From Octopus sinensis (Eukaryota), in NCBI RefSeq assembly GCF_006345805.1, contig NC_042997.1, positions 158,720,001 through 158,784,000 on the forward strand: DNA of 64,000 nt. The letters run 5' to 3'. The position numbers and the translations under genes were made by a program. Positions within the stretch are counted from its first letter, which is position 1. The number at the start of each line of letters is the position of its first letter. The notes under the pieces are model-generated. The model made no database searches and was not told the DNA's origin. It saw nothing but the letters and a program-made list of their open reading frames with translations. Shown piece after piece: positions 1 through 12,746 of this stretch.

Positions 1-1039
1 TTTTTGTCGTAAATTAAGTCTAGGAGAATTTTTCCAGGGTGTAAAATACGAAGGAGAGTCATTAGTGAAAATCATACTAGATCTATGAAATTAGTATTTA
101 AATTATTAAAAGGTTTAAAAATGATAAATTAAACTGATTGGAAGTACTAGTGAAGTCATTCCTTTTCTTTTTTCAAATACGCACACACACACATATATAT
201 ATATACATATATAAATATATATATATACCCTTTATGTTATTTCCCACGACTATGTAAATATATGTTTCTTTGACTATTAGATTTTGCCTGTTCAGTTCTT
301 AGACAGGTAAGGAAAAATTGCATCATAGATGTGTTCTAAATATAAAGATTAACGGTCATTTTTGTTCAACTTTCATAGATACAAACATACATCCATACAT
401 AGAGACATATATACATACTCTGCACACGCACACACACACTTATACATATATATAGTTAGCACTGAAACACCTTTCAATATCTGCCATGTATTAGTGGGAA
501 ATAGAGAAACAGGTGTATATATATATATATATGAAAAGAGTAAAGTGGGAGATGAGAAAGGGAACAGAGAGATAATAATTCGTGGATAGAATGCTGAACA
601 CGCTGGAAATTGATGTGAAGCTTCGTGTAACTTCGTGTAGTGAGACTGAATCCCTTACAAAAGGGGGAATAAACACATATCATTATAGCACGAAATGACG
701 CCATAGGGAATTATTGGAGAATAGATTCCAGCAAATTGATTTCAACCTTCGGCTAGAATGGTAGCATTTCATATTGGTAATATCATTGTGAGGGGGGGGA
801 ATCTTAAATGCCACATCATTTTACTCTCTTTGCGCATGCAAAATTGCTTATTCTCATGGTCAATTAAGAAATGATTTATTCATATATGCTGCACGGTTGT
901 TGACTCCCCTTATTGCCTTAAGGTAGTATAAATAATTCTACACTATCTCCCCTTTTTTCTCTTTATCTCTCTCTACTTTTCGTCTTTCTCTATCTCTGTT
1001 TCTGTTTCTCTACTCTTTGTCACCCTTTCCCTATATATG

Positions 1040-1043
<4 letters not shown>

Positions 1044-1121
<78 letters not shown>

Positions 1122-1137
1122 GTATGTATATATATGC

Positions 1138-1200
<63 letters not shown>
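1044..1200. repeat. (TG)n/(TA)n microsatellite
   Basis: Direct dinucleotide runs; source of YI/CV-repeat pseudo-ORFs. Confidence 0.95.
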
Positions 1201-1202
<2 letters not shown>

Positions 1203-1294
1203 ATCAATATAGGGTGGCAAAAAATTTTGTAGAATTTTTTTGCCACCAGCGGCCTAGTGGGAAAAAATTAAATAGTCATAGACCATTTTTAAGT

Positions 1295-1551
1295 TCAACA
1301 TCACAATCAAGGAACGGCCATAATAGGCCATTCACCCACTAGAAATAACAGCCAAAGCTTCAACCGCAAAATAACATTAATTCCGTAAACCAGGAGAAAA
1401 TTAAAAATTTAAAAAATTAAAAAATTAAAAGGGTAAATGTTTTTTTAATTTTCTCCTGGTTTACGGAATTGATGTTATTTTGCGGTTGAAGCTTTGGCTG
1501 TTATTTCTAGTGGGTGAATGGCCTATTATGGCCGTTCCTTGATTGTGATGT

Positions 1552-1554
<3 letters not shown>
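1295..1554. repeat. Near-perfect inverted repeat, ~113 bp arms, ~34 nt A/T spacer
   Basis: 1295-1407 (TCAACATCACAATCAAGGAACGGCC...GGAGAAAATTAAAAA) is the reverse complement of 1442-1554 with one mismatch (A/G). Confidence 0.95.
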
Positions 1555-1596
<42 letters not shown>

Positions 1597-1656
1597 ATTA
1601 TATATATATATATGCATGTATATATGTATATATATATATATATTTATACATATATA

Positions 1657-1699
<43 letters not shown>

Positions 1700-3024
1700 G
1701 CAACTCAATAATAATACTGCTAACCAAATATCTATATAAACTCTTTTTGCATGTATCTTAAATATTTTGCTGTTTTTATTTCTCTATTTTTTTCTTTAAT
1801 TTTCTGTCTTCTGTTTTTTTTTTTTTTCCCCATCCACTGTTTATATTTTCTATGTAGTTGGTCGATAGTAGCGATATCGCCCCAATAAAATATCTGTTAT
1901 ATATGTTGTCTGCAGCCACCGATTTGTTATTCAGCTCATAAAACAACGTTTCCGAAATAAAAGAATGTAAAACAAAATTATGGATTAATTTGACTAACTC
2001 TTACTTTTCTAACAAGATTTACGATAAGAAAAGACAAATAAATCAAGTAAATATAGTTGCACAAACAGTTTTGCTTTTTTTTTTCTAATTCGGTGACTCG
2101 ACAATATAACCTATAATGAATTTATCCATTGACTGAGATAGCATAATTCACAGAATATTCCGCTCTAGTAAGTAATGATTTTTTTTTCCTTTCTGGCGTA
2201 AGGCCATATGCATATTTTAAGAGAGAATCAGTTGATTGAATTGACCCAATTACTTAACTAGGATTTATTTTCGACTCCTAATGGATTAGTGATGTCAATG
2301 TTAGCGAGATTTTCAGAACGTGGCGTAATGTAACTAATAACTAGAAGTTCATAATTCGCTGCACTGCTAAACCTAATACCCATTTCCTTTAGAAAAAAAA
2401 AGGGCTTTCAAGAGATCAACAGCAGAAGTTTTCTTCACTACAAGTTTTCGGTGTGTGTTTATATGTGAGTATTGCATGCATGTATACCTTCCCCAACACT
2501 TCTCTCTCCCTATCTCTCCTCCTCTCTTTCTCACTCTGTATGTATATATATATATAGTATTGGATTAGATTGTCTATTTCCAGTACACTACAGGACGAAA
2601 GACCCAGCATGTTCCTCCAACCACGTCTGATGTGTAGGCCGTGAATTTAAGCTTGAGATTATACTGAGATTATACATGGTTTGGCAGAAGGGTGCAGATT
2701 TTATACTCATACTCAGGATTAGTTAAGTCTATAACATTGACCCCAGATGTAGATTGTTTATATGTTTAACTATGAATTAAGTGCGCTAAAAATTCCTGAA
2801 AGATATCTAGTTTAGTTCAAGAAGTGCGATGTGAATAATTGATTACGTTGGGAGATATCCAGTGTAAAACAGGGTAGGTGTTTTCTTAAGATGAGTATTA
2901 TGCTGTTGTACATGGAAAGGATCATGCATAAAAAATTACTCCGCTAATGTTAGACTGCACATCTATTTTTATGTCGTTAATGAGCGTTCGAAAAACCAAT
3001 CTTTCTTTCTATATGTGTGCACCC

Positions 3025-3077
<53 letters not shown>

Positions 3078-3080
3078 ATA

Positions 3081-3175
<95 letters not shown>

Positions 3176-3639
3176 ATGCATGTGTATATGTGTGTATATA
3201 TATGATTATATATAGAATCATTGACACAACTGCCGTGATGATTGACCACAATTCACTGACCTGGGAACTGAAAACGTGTTAGTTGGAATATTACAACACG
3301 ATTTTATATGCAGAAGTACTCATTTATGTCATTCTTCTTTCTTATATATATATAAGACTGAAACTCTATGAATGCATATGTTCATACAGGCTCACTTGTA
3401 GGGAGACATGCATACACAGATTAACAGATTCGTCTAAACATATATTTATAAATGGATCTTTTTAAACTTCTCAACAATGTATCGTATTCTGTGTTAATTT
3501 CTTTCAATCTACAAATATGACGGACAAGTTTACCGTTCTTAACTGAAAGATGCCTTGTACTTATAAAGATTTTACGTGAACGTACTTTCTACTATTACCT
3601 ATTGTTTGGAATATTTTCATCCTGAATTTGTTGATGTTC

Positions 3640-3760
3640 ATGGTTGAGGTAACTTCGACTTAATAAAGGATCGATTCTATGGTATTTATTACGTTTCAAG
3701 ATAACGTTTCAGTCCTTCTACAGGAACGGTATAGAATATAATACTTGACTTGCTACAAAT
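3640..3760 (-). mobile_element. Penelope-like terminal remnant with degenerate hammerhead-like motif
   Basis: Minus strand reads CCTGTAGAAGGACTGAAACGTTA...AATAAA, a decayed CUGANGA...GAAAC core upstream of a poly(A) signal. Confidence 0.35.
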
Positions 3761-6270
3761 AAGCATTTCCTTGTTGGAAGAACATCAGTTAGTAATATTG
3801 CTAAGGCTACTTTTGATAATCCTTCAGTAACTATAAGTCGTCTGAAAATGCTCATGTAGAAGGACTAGACATAAAATTAAAGGAATGATGTTGGAATGGA
3901 AAACGTTTCTGTGAATACTTCTAGACCGAGAGAACATTGTATTTGTCGTGTAAGAAATACATTTTGTGCAGCCGCCTAAGCTGAAGTGTTTGTTTGCGAG
4001 AAATGAAGCGTGCGGTTTAAGTAGAGAAGAGTGTAGTGTAACATATGTATAGATATGCTGTACTAGTGTAGTTCAATCTCATGTTGTGTAGCGTATCAAA
4101 GAAAGTAAAAAACGCAGAAAATAAGAAACAATAAGTTACGGTAGTGATGTTTAGTGATGTGTAAACTTTGTTGCGTGACCAAAAATATCTTTAATTTTAG
4201 CGTCATGTAAACTATTCTTTTGCAGAAATGCATTTACATGACTATAACAATTTCTGAAATCATAAAAATCTCAGAAATTAAATAAGAAACAAATAGGTTG
4301 CTTTTGCTTTTACTATCACTTTAAGCTTCCTTGATGTAAAGAAGTGGGTGTCGCAAATTAGATATAAGCTGAAAGCCATGACGTTAGTCCATTGATGATC
4401 TTGAAACGAATTGAAACATGCTATACTATACTTTGTTATTGATGTTGTTTTTCAACCTCAGAGTAACCTAGAGCAATCGGATCTATAATTAAAAAAACAT
4501 TACAGCTGTAGCCGGTATTCTTCTTTTTCTTAAGTCGGTGGGACTATTATTTAATGGAGTTTGGGCTATTTAAGGCAGATCTATTTCTAAAAGTTTAAGT
4601 GACCACATTCTTTCTGTAAAAATCACACACTTTCTACCTGAATACTACATAATAATATTGTTATATTCCAGCAGCGCAAGCGGTGTCTCTCTTCTATATC
4701 AAAAACTATCTGATCCCTGTCATAAATTATACAACTGAGCAAAAATATAATAAAATGGTTTTCTCGAGTATCCCCATAATATTTAGCACATTTTAAAATA
4801 TTTATACTAGATGAAAAGCCAACAAAGCAGCTTCTATGTAATTCCAGTACTAACCGAAAAAAGCAGTTAAATTTCCATTAAATCAATGTATACTATTTAA
4901 CGAAAAGGAAAAGGTCATAACAGATAGCATTCTCAAAAAAGTAGATGAAATGGTTATTGCTAGAATTCTTTTGATCAGGACTGATCTGTGTTGAACAACA
5001 GTAATAATAAAATGCAAGAAATATTAGTTGTAATGTCCATACCTTTTCAGTAGCCTGCAAGATGAATAGAAATACTTATATCAGATAACGTATACACCTA
5101 GTTGTTCACAGGAACAACTGGTGTCAGTTCTTTTTTTATATTACCGACCCTTCTAAAGAATATTATCATTTTATCATCTCTGTTAAATATCTCCAAGTTG
5201 GTTTCATTACATCTGAAACACTTTAGATTCACACCACCACCATCACCACCGACAAAACCAACACCACCACCATCACTAAAATACAAAAAGCAAAAATAGA
5301 ACAAGATCAATAATGAATTGTGTTAACATCAATGGATTATCAATTCATAGCTCTCGATATATTGCTAATTCGATATAACGTAATTTCTTTTCCTCTATTC
5401 ACTGTTTTGTTTTCCCAACGCTTTTAAAATTCACCGGAAAATTGGGTGTTGTTCATAAGATTGACTTTATAATTCTTTTTTTCGTTTCTTTTATATATTT
5501 ACTTATATCATTTTGCTTTTAACTATTATTGCAAAGGAAAAATGATAAAGCAAATACATGAATAGAGATACATTCCTATATGTATATATGTAAATATGTA
5601 TATATGTATACATACGTACATATATATATAAAAAAAAATACTATATGTTTTTTTTATGCCTGTGTTTGTATTAGAGCGATTAAAATCTCTTTAAAATAGA
5701 AAATGATAGATACTCTATTCTTTTGTTATGCCATGGAAAAGTATTGGAGAGAAATAATTTTTTTTCGATAATGTCAAAGGAGATTGTGTTCATAAAATTT
5801 TGTATTCCCAATATTATCACTTGAAACAACAGCTACGAAATTTAATATTAAGTTTCCACAAATTATTTCAACAAACATGGCAGAGTTGAGAAAAAATATG
5901 ATACGCCTTTTGCCACAAATGCCTACCAATTACAAACGTGTAAACATACAAGAATACATTCATCTGTATATATACCTTTTTCCTCCTCCCGTCATTTTTT
6001 TCATCCTCTTCTCTTGTCTAACTTCCACCATTTCTCTCTATTCACTACTCTTCTGTTAATATCTCCCCTTCATAGAGAAATGCTTCGGTTACACACGTTT
6101 TGCTTGTATTTGTAATGAAGTATTTCTTTTACATACGTATTTTTCTCTTATAAATAGGTATTTTAGCGATGAATGTAGTCATAGTCAATTGCGATCTTCA
6201 AATAGTGTTCACTACCGACAGGGCCGGATTAAGTCCCATAAAAACCTAAGTAGTTAAAATTTTCCCCACT

Positions 6271-6385
6271 CAACGTTTCACAACCGGTGTTGGTGAGTTT
6301 ACGTCACCGTAACTTAGCAGGGACATAAACAGATAGAAAAAGTACTGGGTTTAAGAAATAAGTTCTAGAGTCGATTCAATATCAG
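6271..6385 (+). mobile_element. OR1-like SINE, 3' fragment
   Basis: ACAACCGGTGTTGGTGAGTTTACGTCACCGTAACTTAGC matches the 3' half of the full copy at 18507-18918. Confidence 0.6.
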
Positions 6386-6898
6386 ATTCGACTCAATATC
6401 AGACACGATGTATCAATCTACTCGTCTCTTATTCCTGGCGCATTCTGGTAGTAATTACCGCAACTGTTTTATTAATTTTATAAATGATGTCACCGTCGAT
6501 CCTTTAATGTATTCATGTCACAATTCCACTCTAAAATTGCTACAGTAATCTTTGCACCCTACACATTACTTTTCTTACTTTTCTTAATTCGTGTAATCAT
6601 TGTTTTTATTATTTCTTTCATTTTAGTTCTTCGTATATCGTTGTTTATCGCAGTAATACCATCTTTATACTTCATATTTTATTGCCACCTGTGATGAGCG
6701 TGTACCTGGGGAGAATCAAAGCTATAGGTTATCTGGTGTCCCGATGTTTTAAGCGTGAAAGTGAATGTCTAAGCGTGACTGTAAATACAAAGAACTCTGT
6801 CAGCCTATCTCTCTCTCCCTTCTCTCTCTCTATCTCTATCTATTTATCTATCCATCATCTTACTATATATATATATAATATATATATATATATATGTA

Positions 6899-7179
6899 GG
6901 TCCCGGGTTGATTCGGGGTTAACCACAGTAAATAAGGTACTCAATACATAGCAGTTACAATTAATTTATTATATAGAAGGAGCTTCTACAGGACTAGAAC
7001 TGTTTCATTCAAGAGAAATCTTCAGGAAGCTAGTTAACAAGAATTGTATTGGCATTTATACATTTAGGCAGGTTTAAAGGGGTGTTGGTGGGGGACTTTT
7101 TGGGGGTAGGCATAGCGCAAAAAATCATACTTGGGGGAGTGGTCAAGGAGTCAGTGTTAAATTAGATAGGAGAATAAAT

Positions 7180-7216
<37 letters not shown>

Positions 7217-7377
7217 AAATAAAAAATAGAAAATAAAAAAATATAAAAAAATAAAAATAAAAATAAAAATAAAAAAAATATATATATATATATATATATA
7301 TCTATATATATATATATATATAAAAGGGGGAATAGAGTTTTAGGTAAATAAGGAGATTCTCACTTATACCTCTACAC
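6899..7377 (-). mobile_element. Penelope-like (PLE) terminal repeat region, left copy
   Basis: On minus strand: hammerhead fold followed by AATAAA and ~65 nt of further tail ending at (TA)n; internal (TTTTTA)n and (TA)n expansions. PLE assignment is inferred from the hammerhead + AATAAA layout. Confidence 0.55.
6981..7031 (-). ncRNA. Type I hammerhead ribozyme motif (left copy)
   Basis: Exact reverse complement of 9916-9966. Confidence 0.7.
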
Positions 7378-8190
7378 ATACACACATATATATACAATCA
7401 CACATACATATACATATCTACACATACACATATATATGTATACATACACACACTCACTTGCATACACGTATACACACATGTATATATACACACACACACA
7501 TACACACACATATATATACATACACATATATATATATATACACATACACACACATCTACTCACTACACGCATACACACACAAATCCATACACACACATGC
7601 ACACACAGCACACTAGTCCCTATATACACATATATATACATACACATATATATATATACACCCACACATACACATACATACACATATATATACATACATA
7701 CACATACATGTACACATATATATACATACACATATATATATATATACACATATATATACATATGTGTACCCATGCATACCTACACATACACACATATATA
7801 TATACATATACAAATACAGACCCATTCCCTAATTTTAATTTTATTATTATTATCTTCGTTTATTACTTTTGTTATCTTTGGCCGCTTGGTCACAAACATC
7901 TTGGCTATGACAGCCAGACCATTTATCCGTCTACTGGAAAACAATTACTCATTCACTCACGCACACTCTTTAGCACGTACACTCACTCATTCGTACACTC
8001 ATACGCATACACGCACGCACGCGTTATATTCATACATACATACATCTACATACATTCACGTATATACACATACGTACGCGTACCTACAGATTCATGTCTA
8101 CACTCTTAGAAGGCTAGTCTATACATATACACCAATAAATATAAATACACACACATACATGTACACCTACATACAAATACATACATGTAC

Positions 8191-8224
<34 letters not shown>

Positions 8225-8608
8225 TATATATATATATATACATATATACACGTACCTACAGATTCATGTCTACACTCTTAGAAGGCTAGTCTATACATAT
8301 ACACCCATAAATATAAATACACACACATACATACATGTACACCTACATACAAATACATACATGTACACATATATATACATATATATATATAATATATACA
8401 TATATATATATAATATATATAATATATACATATATATATATATATATATACATATATATACATACATACACATATATATATATATATATAATATATATAT
8501 ATATACACATATATATACATACATACACATATATATATATATATACACATATATATACATACATACACATATATATACATACATACACATATATATACAT
8601 ACATACAC

Positions 8609-8666
<58 letters not shown>

Positions 8667-9187
8667 TACACACACATATATATAATATATACATACACAC
8701 ATACACCTACATATATGTGTGTATGTGTATATGTAGGTGTATGTGTGTATGTATATATTTATATATATGTGTGTGTATGTGTGTGTGTATATATATATTA
8801 TATATATATTTATTGGTGTATATGTATAGACTAGCCTTCTAAGAGTGTAGACATGAATCTGTAGGTACGCGTACGTATGTGTATATACGTGAATGTATGT
8901 AGATGTATGTTGTTATGAATATAACGCGTGCGTGCGTGTATGCGTATGAGTGTACGAATGAGTGAGTGTACGTGCTAAAGAGTGTGCGTGAGTGAATGAG
9001 TAATGTTTTCCAGTAACGGATAAATGGTCTGGCTGTCATAGCCAAGGTTTGTGACCAAGCGGCCAAAGATAACAAATTATAAACGAAGATAATAATAATA
9101 AAATTAAAATTAGGGAATGGGTCTGTATTTGTATATGTATATATATATGTGTGTATGTGTAGGTATGCATGGGTACACATATGTATA

Positions 9188-9225
<38 letters not shown>

Positions 9226-9637
9226 ATATGTATGTGTATGTATGTATATATATGTGTGTATGTGTATATATATATATGTATGTATGTATATATATGTGTG
9301 TATGTGTATATATATATATGTGTGTATGTGTATATATGTGTATATAGGGACTAGTGTGCTGTGTGTGCATGTGTGTGTATGGATTTGTGTGTGTATGCGT
9401 GTATGTGAGTAGATGTGTGTGTATGTGTATATATATATTTTTCTGTGTGTATATGTATGTGTGGTCGTGTGTGTATATATACATGTGTGTATACGTGTAT
9501 GCAAGTGAGTGTGTGTATGTATACATATATATGTGTATGTGTAGATATGTATATGTATGTGTGATTGTATATATATGTGTGTATGTGTAGAGGTATAAGT
9601 GAGAATCTCCTTATTTACCTAAAACTCTATTCCCCCC

Positions 9638-9681
<44 letters not shown>

Positions 9682-9915
9682 TTATTATTATTTTTTATAT
9701 TTTTTTTTATATTTTTTTATTTTTTATTTTTTATTTTTTATTTTTTATTTTTTATTTTTTATTTTTTATTTATTCTCCTATCTAATTTAACACTGACTCC
9801 TTGACCACTCCCCCAAGTATGATTTTTTGCGCTATGCCTACCCCCAAAAAGTCCCCCACCAACACCCCTTTAAACCTGCCTAAATGTATAAATGCCAATA
9901 CAATTCTTGTTAACT

Positions 9916-9966
9916 AGCTTCCTGAAGATTTCTCTTGAATGAAACAGTTCTAGTCCTGTAGAAGCT
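9916..9966 (+). ncRNA. Type I hammerhead ribozyme motif (right copy)
   Basis: Stem I AGCTTC(9916-21)/GAAGCT(9961-66); core CTGAAGA (9922-28); stem II TTC-TCTT-GAA with a T-T closing mismatch; GAAA (9941-44); stem III ACAG/CTGT with loop TTCTAGTC; cleavage triplet GTA, cut after 9960. Confidence 0.72.
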
Positions 9967-9977
9967 CCTTCTATATA

Positions 9978-10020
<43 letters not shown>

Positions 10021-10060
10021 TATATATATATGTATGTATGTATGTATATATATATCCATA

Positions 10061-10232
10061 TACGAGGTGCATTCCAGAAGTTTCGAGATAAGAGGCATTT
10101 ATAACTGTCCTAAATTATTGTAATCATAGTATATCATTACCATATATCAAATAAGCTTACTTGCTAAATTGTTATTTCAGATTGAAGATGGCTAAAACAG
10201 CACTTTCAACATACCCAACTGAACAGCGCTTG
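10061..10232 (+). mobile_element. Mariner-like 5' remnant
   Basis: TA+CGAGGTGCATTCCAGAAGTTT resembles the TIR of the element at 58904-60034; ATG at 10188 gives MAKTALSTYPTEQR (EQR as in mariner N-termini); truncated by a SINE. Confidence 0.5.
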
Positions 10233-10319
10233 TTACAAGTGTCTTCTACTATAGCCTCGGCCGGCCAAACCTTGTGAGTGAATTTGGTAGACAGAAACTG
10301 AAAGAAGCTCGTCGTGTAT

Positions 10320-10385
<66 letters not shown>

Positions 10386-10475
10386 TGTGTGTGTGCATGT
10401 ATTTATCCCGCACCACCACTTCGAAACCAGTGTTGGTGAGTTTATGCCCCCATAACTTATCGTTTCGGCAAATAC
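10233..10475 (+). mobile_element. OR1-like SINE, internal fragment with (TG)n expansion
   Basis: CAAGTGTCTTCTACTATAGCCTCGG...CCTTGTGAGTGAATTTGGTAGACAGAAACTGAAAGAAGCTCGTCG matches the 18507-18918 copy. Confidence 0.8.
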
Positions 10476-11289
10476 ACTTATTTCCATTTAGTTGCAATGG
10501 AACACGTGGAGTGTCCTCACACAATCTCTTCTATAGTCTTCCATGTTTTACTTTCTTTTAGATTATATCTCATTTCATTATTGCGTGTTTTCATGGTAAT
10601 TTTTCGTGTATTTAATTCGCTGCTGGCTTTTAGTAAAGTGAAGTGTATAATATTTTCTCTACCCTGTCCAGGACTATCTTCGGGTGTAAAGAAATGCTGT
10701 TGAGTACTACATTAAATTTTTTCTTGTAACTGTGATAAATCCATCTGTTCATTTATATTCAAAGTAGTTTGCTTTTCAAAAACCTGTGACATGAACAGAC
10801 CAAATATTTGGAAACATGTAGCAGTCGCTACTACCTTTCTGGTTGTTCATATTGTCGTGACAGTCTGCCAAATTACATTTGAAGAATTAAAACATTTTCT
10901 ATCAATTGTTGAATATAAAGCAATTATCATTATTTTTTCGTACAATTAGTTATGTATTTTATTTTTGTGTTTTTTATATTTATTGTACTGTTTTGCCGTG
11001 ACATGATTATCTATATTAGCTAGATTGAATGTCAAAATCTAATATGCGTAATTAGAATTTTATAAGTTTATGAATCAAGGCTTCTCAAGTGTTTTGTTAC
11101 TTATAACCTCTCTGAAACAAGACGTGCTAAAGAATTTAAAGATAAAGATTGATAATACGCAGTACCTATGGAAAAGGAGACGAATGTATTATCTATCTCT
11201 TCAATGTGTGCAGTAAACCAGCGTAAAAAGAGTATTTGTTCAGGTATGACAGTGTTGGTAATAGAGTGTATTGAGGTGTTAACTGACTG

Positions 11290-11590
11290 CGTGGAATCAG
11301 TGAAAGAAAAGTGGCATGAACACGATCCATTTATTATTCAGGATTTTAAGAGATGTGTCTATAGAAATTGACTTTGCTATTAAAAGAAGCAGATCAAATG
11401 CAATCGTGGGTGACAAAAACAAAGACAAAGACAGTGTAAGATTTTGCAAACCCATATGATTATAAAGCGGATATCGAAGAAATAGAGAAAATTGAGAAAT
11501 GTCGGGATGTCGCCAGAGCGATGATTGATGAAGACAAAGGGAACAATTGTTTCTGTCGCAATTGGTGCACGTGGTACAATACACAGACTG
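11290..11590 (+). mobile_element. Degenerate RLE-type (R4/Dong-like) LINE 3' fragment
   Basis: Frameshifted translation gives KWHEHDP..., IVGDKNKDK..., FANPYDYKADIEEIEKIEKCRDVAR and VAIGARG, paralleling the RLE region of the copies at 41.5-43.5 kb. Confidence 0.55.
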
Positions 11591-12599
11591 CTAAATTAGA
11601 GGCTCTAGGATATTGAAACTGAGACTCATAATCGAATCTACAAAAAGTGCCATCCCCAATTCAGCAAAAAACATCCCTGCCAAATAAGATGCCATAGCTT
11701 TTGAATAACACCACCACCATCACCACCAAGAAGAAGAAGAACAACAACAACAGCAAAACCTATAGACGAGTGAGATGGGGAACAACCTATTTCCTCTTTT
11801 AGTTCGGTAGAATGATAAATTGTTTTCAATAAGAGTCTGTATTATTAGTTTCTCCTATAATTGAGCTCTGTTCGGTAATTAACTCATTCACGTAATTCCC
11901 GTCGCACTACAAATGCTTGAATCTGTCTGAGATTTTATTTGACTTTTCAAAGGATAGAAAATTTCACTTCATAGTCTTCCTCATTGTCTGTGTCATTCTT
12001 CAGAGGAAGGAAGTCATTGTTGTTTTGTGGTTCATTTCACGAACTTGAGAAATGCTCTCACTTTATTCCTTTTAAGCTCTCTTCGCAAGTTTGGAATGTT
12101 TTTTGTTATCATTACGCCAATCTTATTACAAAATGATAGCGTGGTGTTGCCTTTGGTTAATAATTATCATGGGGTTCAGGTTTAATGCTATAGTTTATAA
12201 TTAGAGTACATTGCCTCCTCTAACTCAGCTTCACTGTTACCTCAGCCTTAGAAGGGATAGAGGCAGAACGAGTCACCCTTCTTCTTGATCAATTCTTTGA
12301 TACGGAAAAAGGTTTTCTTTTCCAAAGAGCCGTCGCATAACTTTTAGAGGCTCCCTGCAACTTTCTGTTTCGAGGTCCCATCTCTTCAATCAAAATTCAT
12401 AATCTACGCACCTTTATTATCTGCAAAAATCAAACATAGTCCCTTACAGCTTGTATTTTAGAATCATTACAGCAGACTCTGCTGTGATGATTCTAAAATA
12501 CGCACGCGCGCACATGCATACACGCACACACACAAACACACACACACACACCTATATATATATATATATTATATATATATATATATATATGTATATTGG

Positions 12600-12746
12600 G
12601 ATTCCTTCAGTTTTCCTCTACAAGATTCATTCACAAGGCTTTGGTGGTCCGAAGGCTATAGTCGAAGCCACTTGCCGAAGGTGCAACCCAATGAGATTGA
12701 AACCAGAGTCATGTGGTTGGGAAGCAAACTTCTTAGCACACAGCTA
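12600..12746 (-). mobile_element. OR1-like SINE, 5' fragment
   Basis: Minus strand GCTGTGTGCTAAGAAGTTTGCTTCCCAACCACATG... tRNA-like head as in the full copy. Confidence 0.75.

Larger units (their letters stand above)
6964..9983. repeat. ~3 kb fold-back palindrome
   Basis: 6964-~8142 is the reverse complement of ~8806-9983 (small indels); the inner segment ~8645-8715 mirrors 8728-~8795 around a 12 nt apex (8716-8727); the left side carries ~500 extra bp, including a tandem copy (8251-8366) of 8079-8192. Confidence 0.95.

Noticed and set aside
2585-2640. GGACGAAAGAC...GTCTGATGTG as a permuted hammerhead
   Set aside because: Core lacks A9, and no NUH plus stem I arrangement can be built.
362-3251. 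YI/CV-rich ORFs at 0.4-3.3 kb
   Set aside because: Translations of (TA)n/(TG)n microsatellites or short chance ORFs.
5098-5310. 70 aa minus ORF with Gly-rich start
   Set aside because: Gly run derives from an (ACC)n tract; no recognisable homology.
7372-9804. Long ORFs up to 281 aa (e.g. 7436-8281, 8839-9504)
   Set aside because: Stop-poor CA/TA mosaics inside the palindrome; mirrored on both strands; no domain content.
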